A stretch of 64,000 bases of DNA from an uncultured Gammaproteobacteria bacterium. GTDB taxonomy: Bacteria; Pseudomonadota; Gammaproteobacteria; GCA-002705445; GCA-002716945. Position 1 is the first letter of the stretch, and each line of letters begins with the position of its first letter. Shown in pieces: positions 61,089 to 64,000 of this stretch. The stretch spans positions 143,684-207,683 of the forward strand of contig CACOMO010000002.1 in assembly GCA_902628335.1 (NCBI GenBank), read 5' to 3'. The notes below the pieces were generated by a model that was given only the letters and a program-made list of their open reading frames with translations, had not been told where the DNA came from and did no database searches. Made by a program: the position numbers and the translations under genes.

Positions 61089-61765
61089 TGTGGATTGAAG
61101 AAGAAGAAAAACAATCAATCTCAGAGATGTCAAAGATGGTAGATGTGGCGTTTAAGATAAATTGTAAAACTCTGCCATATGATCATGCCTTCTCACTATC
61201 AAATGAAATACTTAAACACCTACCTTGGTTAGAAGACAATAAATTGACAGGCATACAAACACTTCATGGGCCAGAATCAGGCAATGGTTGGACAAGGTCG
61301 GAGAATGAAGAAATTTTTTTATCGAAAAGGACCAGGCTTATCCTAAGGATTCCAAAGTCGGAATACGATAAAGCTTGTGAACTTGAGGGCGAAACACTCA
61401 AGGTGCTTGGAAATGATATTAGAATCGGTAAAGCAAATAAAAAGCCATTTCTCACTGTAAGAGATTTAATATGTAGATTTGTGCTAACAAACGAAGATCT
61501 GGATGAAAGTGAGTTTCTTAAATATGTTGCTGAAGAGTTTAAAAATCATGAAATTCATCTTCGCAAAGCCATATGTGGAAAAACAAAATCATTTACAATA
61601 AACGGTGATCAAAAATTTACAAGAAGCCTTATGATTGCTGATTTATCTAAAGAAAATTCTATCAAGCTTCAGGATGTCGGAGTTGGTATAGGCAGAATTT
61701 TTGGCTGTGGGATTTTCCTGCCTCATAAATCAATTGATGCAGTTGCAAATTTCAAAGAAGATTGA
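61088..61765 (+). CDS. hypothetical protein with C-terminal Cas6/RAMP-like glycine-rich loop (GVGIGRIFGCG)
   Basis: About 225 aa. Near the C-terminus, GhG-xxxxx-GhG appears as GVG IGRIF GCG, the pattern of Cas6 G-rich loops. No CRISPR array or cas genes are in the window, so homology is unproven. Confidence 0.4.
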   Translation: MWIEEEEKQSISEMSKMVDVAFKINCKTLPYDHAFSLSNEILKHLPWLEDNKLTGIQTLHGPESGNGWTRSENEEIFLSKRTRLILRIPKSEYDKACELEGETLKVLGNDIRIGKANKKPFLTVRDLICRFVLTNEDLDESEFLKYVAEEFKNHEIHLRKAICGKTKSFTINGDQKFTRSLMIADLSKENSIKLQDVGVGIGRIFGCGIFLPHKSIDAVANFKED

Positions 61766-61851
61766 GTAATCTCTGTAGACATATTTATCGCAGTATATTA
61801 GAATTTTCCAATATAGTAATTATTGATATAGTATAAAAGTGGAGTGATACT

Positions 61852-62190
61852 ATGAAAGTTGAAGTAGACGGAAAAGAGATCCCAACAACAGATACTGGTT
61901 TTTTGACAAACTTAGAGGACTGGTCTGAAGATGTTGCAAAAGTTATTGCTGAACAAGAGGGCATACAACTGGCTGAGAGGCATTGGGATGTAATAAATTA
62001 TCTTAGAGATGAGTTTATTAACAACAAGGAAAATCAACCAAACACCAGAAACATGGTCAAGGACTTAGGTAAACTCTGGGGAGAGAAAATTGACACTAAA
62101 ACGCTTTTTGATTTATTCCCTGGAAATCCAAGCAAACAAGCCGGAAGAATTGGCGGTTTGCCAGAGAGTAGACGAAAAGGCGGATATTAA
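61852..62190 (+). CDS. DsrC/TusE-family paralogue lacking both C-terminal cysteines
   Basis: Collinear with the window's own DsrC (MKVEVDGKEI..ERHWDVINYLRDEF..LFDLFPGNPSKQAG). The C-terminal arm reads RIGGLPESRRKGGY, with Gly where DsrC has CysB and CysA. Confidence 0.8.
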   Translation: MKVEVDGKEIPTTDTGFLTNLEDWSEDVAKVIAEQEGIQLAERHWDVINYLRDEFINNKENQPNTRNMVKDLGKLWGEKIDTKTLFDLFPGNPSKQAGRIGGLPESRRKGGY

Positions 62191-62519
62191 TGTCAGAAGA
62201 TAAAGTCAGTCAGAATGACACAAAGGCAGAAGATACCAATCAGGATAATAATGAATCTCCTGAAGAAAATAATGAATCTCCAGAAGTAGAGAAAAAACCT
62301 GATAAAAAAGCTCTAGAAAAAGAAAGGAAAGAAATTATTACTAAAATGCTAAGAATTCAGAAAGAATTCATGGAGTTAGAGAGAGAAAAAGGTGTCACAG
62401 AAAAAGATATTCATCATAACCCTCAAGGAATTGTTAAAGAGTACAAAGAAGAGCATGAGAAACTTGCTAATAGACTAGTTGATATCGCACATGCATTAAA
62501 AGGGTCTATAAGAACATAA
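62190..62519 (+). CDS. acidic low-complexity protein with tandem NNESPEE/NNESPEV repeat
   Basis: TAATG overlap with the DsrC-like gene. Asp/Glu/Lys-rich. Contains a 24-nt near-duplicate tandem repeat. Confidence 0.4.
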   Translation: MSEDKVSQNDTKAEDTNQDNNESPEENNESPEVEKKPDKKALEKERKEIITKMLRIQKEFMELEREKGVTEKDIHHNPQGIVKEYKEEHEKLANRLVDIAHALKGSIRT

Positions 62520-62713
62520 TGAATAAAGAATATTTTGATTTAGTCACAAAACTGGAAGATATGGGTGTCTCAGATGATTATTTACTTGGTTGGCAAGAGG
62601 GCTACATGAGATCACCAAAACTGGAAGAGCAGAGAGTTACTGATGCGTATGATGCTGGTTATGAAGACGGTGAGAATAAAGTTACAGATAACGCGGAGAA
62701 ATTTAAAAAATAA
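62519..62713 (+). CDS. small acidic hypothetical protein (64 aa)
   Basis: TAATG overlap with the preceding gene. No motif recognised. Confidence 0.35.
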   Translation: MNKEYFDLVTKLEDMGVSDDYLLGWQEGYMRSPKLEEQRVTDAYDAGYEDGENKVTDNAEKFKK

Positions 62714-63274
62714 TTATTTCGTTAAAGAAGTGTAAACTTCTACGAACTTTTTACAAATCTCAACCGCATCAATATCAACAATCTGATCCATTACCCATTT
62801 GTTAGTTTGACTAGAGCCCATAGCATCCTGAATTTTTTTTGCTAAGTGTCTATAAATAGAATAATTGGTCTCTCCTGGGCTGAAATCAAAGTCCGAGTAT
62901 TCAGAAGATCTGAGGTTTAGCGTTTTAATATACCCTGTTCTATAATCCCCAGCTCCAAATAGGTCCTCGCAATTCTCTTGCATCGTTCTTGCTGAATGAC
63001 TCCCTATTTTATTCATTACCTCTATCCTAAAATCCTCGGGGTGGTCATCTCTAAATAACAGTCTGTCAGCTATATGAACTTGAAATGACATAAATTCAAC
63101 AATGACACTCACTCTTTGATGATCAGATGTGTACTCAAAATCCTCTCCGTGCAAGTTTTTAGCTTTGTCTAAAGATAACCTCCACCCAATATACGACATT
63201 GCACTTGCAAAATCCTCACTTGTTTTTTCTCGTTTAACGGTTTTGGACCATTTACTCTTAATTCTTATAACCAT
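62714..63274 (-). CDS. hypothetical protein (186 aa)
   Basis: Long ORF with no recognised motifs. Convergent with the preceding operon. Confidence 0.4.
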   Translation of the reverse strand: MVIRIKSKWSKTVKREKTSEDFASAMSYIGWRLSLDKAKNLHGEDFEYTSDHQRVSVIVEFMSFQVHIADRLLFRDDHPEDFRIEVMNKIGSHSARTMQENCEDLFGAGDYRTGYIKTLNLRSSEYSDFDFSPGETNYSIYRHLAKKIQDAMGSSQTNKWVMDQIVDIDAVEICKKFVEVYTSLTK

Positions 63275-63329
63275 TTTAAAAATTTAATCTTTATATATAA
63301 TGACTATATTATATAAGATATGAGTAAAT

Positions 63330-63926
63330 ATGGATATTAAAATAGATAAACGTCTGATTGAAGTAAGTTCGGGAAGCTTTATTTTCGAATTTACTCATTC
63401 CCTTGATAGCACTATTTGTACTGATATTATCAAGCGTTTTGAAGACTCTACAGAAGATCATTATCGAGGTCGTGTCGGGCAAAATTTTATTGAGAACACA
63501 GATGTTAAAAAATCGACAGATATGGTCATTAGCGGAAAAGACGCGTGGAAAGATGTTGATGAGTTATTATTTAGAAGTCTGTCGAAAGCACTCTCCAGTG
63601 TTAAAAAAGAATATGATTTTTTTAATGGGCCTTTTAAAGATATAGGTTATGCTGTTCAACGAACAGAGCCTGGAGAATATTTTAATTGGCACATTGACAG
63701 CGGTAGTCACCAATTTAGTGATAGGCAACTGGTTGCAATTTGGTATCTTAATGACGTAGAGGGGCCAGGTGGTGAGACAGAGTTTATTCATCAAAATGTT
63801 AAGGTTAAACCTGAGAAAGGAAAACTGATTCTCTTTCCACCATTTTGGACTCATGAGCATCGTGGTGTTAAACTTCAAAAAGGAGTTAAGTACATAGCAA
63901 CAACATGGATAGTATTTAAAACATGA
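63330..63926 (+). CDS. 2OG-Fe(II) oxygenase, prolyl-4-hydroxylase-like
   Basis: HxD...H triad with WHIDSG and WTHEHRG. A double-stranded beta-helix of about 200 aa. Confidence 0.65.
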   Translation: MDIKIDKRLIEVSSGSFIFEFTHSLDSTICTDIIKRFEDSTEDHYRGRVGQNFIENTDVKKSTDMVISGKDAWKDVDELLFRSLSKALSSVKKEYDFFNGPFKDIGYAVQRTEPGEYFNWHIDSGSHQFSDRQLVAIWYLNDVEGPGGETEFIHQNVKVKPEKGKLILFPPFWTHEHRGVKLQKGVKYIATTWIVFKT

Positions 63927-64000
63927 TTAAAGAAATAAAAAATTTGTCCTCTGAAGAGCTCATGAAATCTGTAATCCAAAGGGTAGCAACTGGTCCAGAG

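Noticed and set aside
1-64000. Searched for CRISPR arrays, transposases, integrases, IS inverted repeats and prophage genes.
   Set aside because: No regularly spaced direct repeats, no recombinase- or transposase-like ORFs, and no tRNA-like sequences flanking the dsr or accessory regions were seen. The window appears free of mobile elements.
63925-64000. Partial plus-strand ORF at the window edge (MIKEIKNLSSEELMKSVIQRVATGPE...).
   Set aside because: Only 25 codons are visible, which is too short to assign or to list as a feature.

Overview
AT-rich (about 30% GC) gammaproteobacterial chromosome segment with 78 supportable CDS calls and no RNA genes, CRISPR arrays or mobile elements detected. 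Positions 1-47600 are conserved housekeeping synteny: rppH; dcd; mrp/apbC divergent from metG; an RnfB-like ferredoxin plus nth; the AmgK-MurU murein recycling pair; a Tat-signal DUF1326/DUF2182 pair; the mrdA-mrdB-mltB-dacA cell-wall cluster; H+-pyrophosphatase; adk; lptD-surA-pdxA-rsmA; bcp-hinT; an alkB-like membrane hydroxylase; rpmE2; cpdA; amtB; ispB; rplU-rpmA-obg-proB; rpsT divergent from murJ-ribF-ileS-lspA-fkpB-ispH. Positions 47602-59883 on the minus strand hold a complete reverse-type dissimilatory sulfite reductase operon, dsrABEFHCMKLJOPNR. This marks the organism as a sulfur-oxidising chemolithotroph, and the low GC fits a SUP05/Thioglobus-like or symbiont lineage, although no 16S is in the window. 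The strongest candidate for a novel system lies upstream of dsrA, divergently transcribed: a translationally coupled three-gene operon (TauD/TfdA-like Fe/2OG dioxygenase, a 63-aa protein, and a 226-aa protein with a Cas6/RAMP-like glycine-rich loop), then a second coupled operon (a Cys-less DsrC/TusE paralogue plus two acidic small proteins), a hypothetical on the minus strand, and a prolyl-hydroxylase-like 2OG oxygenase. Other notable items are an apparent BamE-domain::LptD fusion, metG split at an A6 tract into a core enzyme and a stand-alone tRNA-binding domain, a pyruvate-kinase-like barrel protein lacking catalytic residues, and a tightly delimited two-gene unknown cassette with a structured leader.
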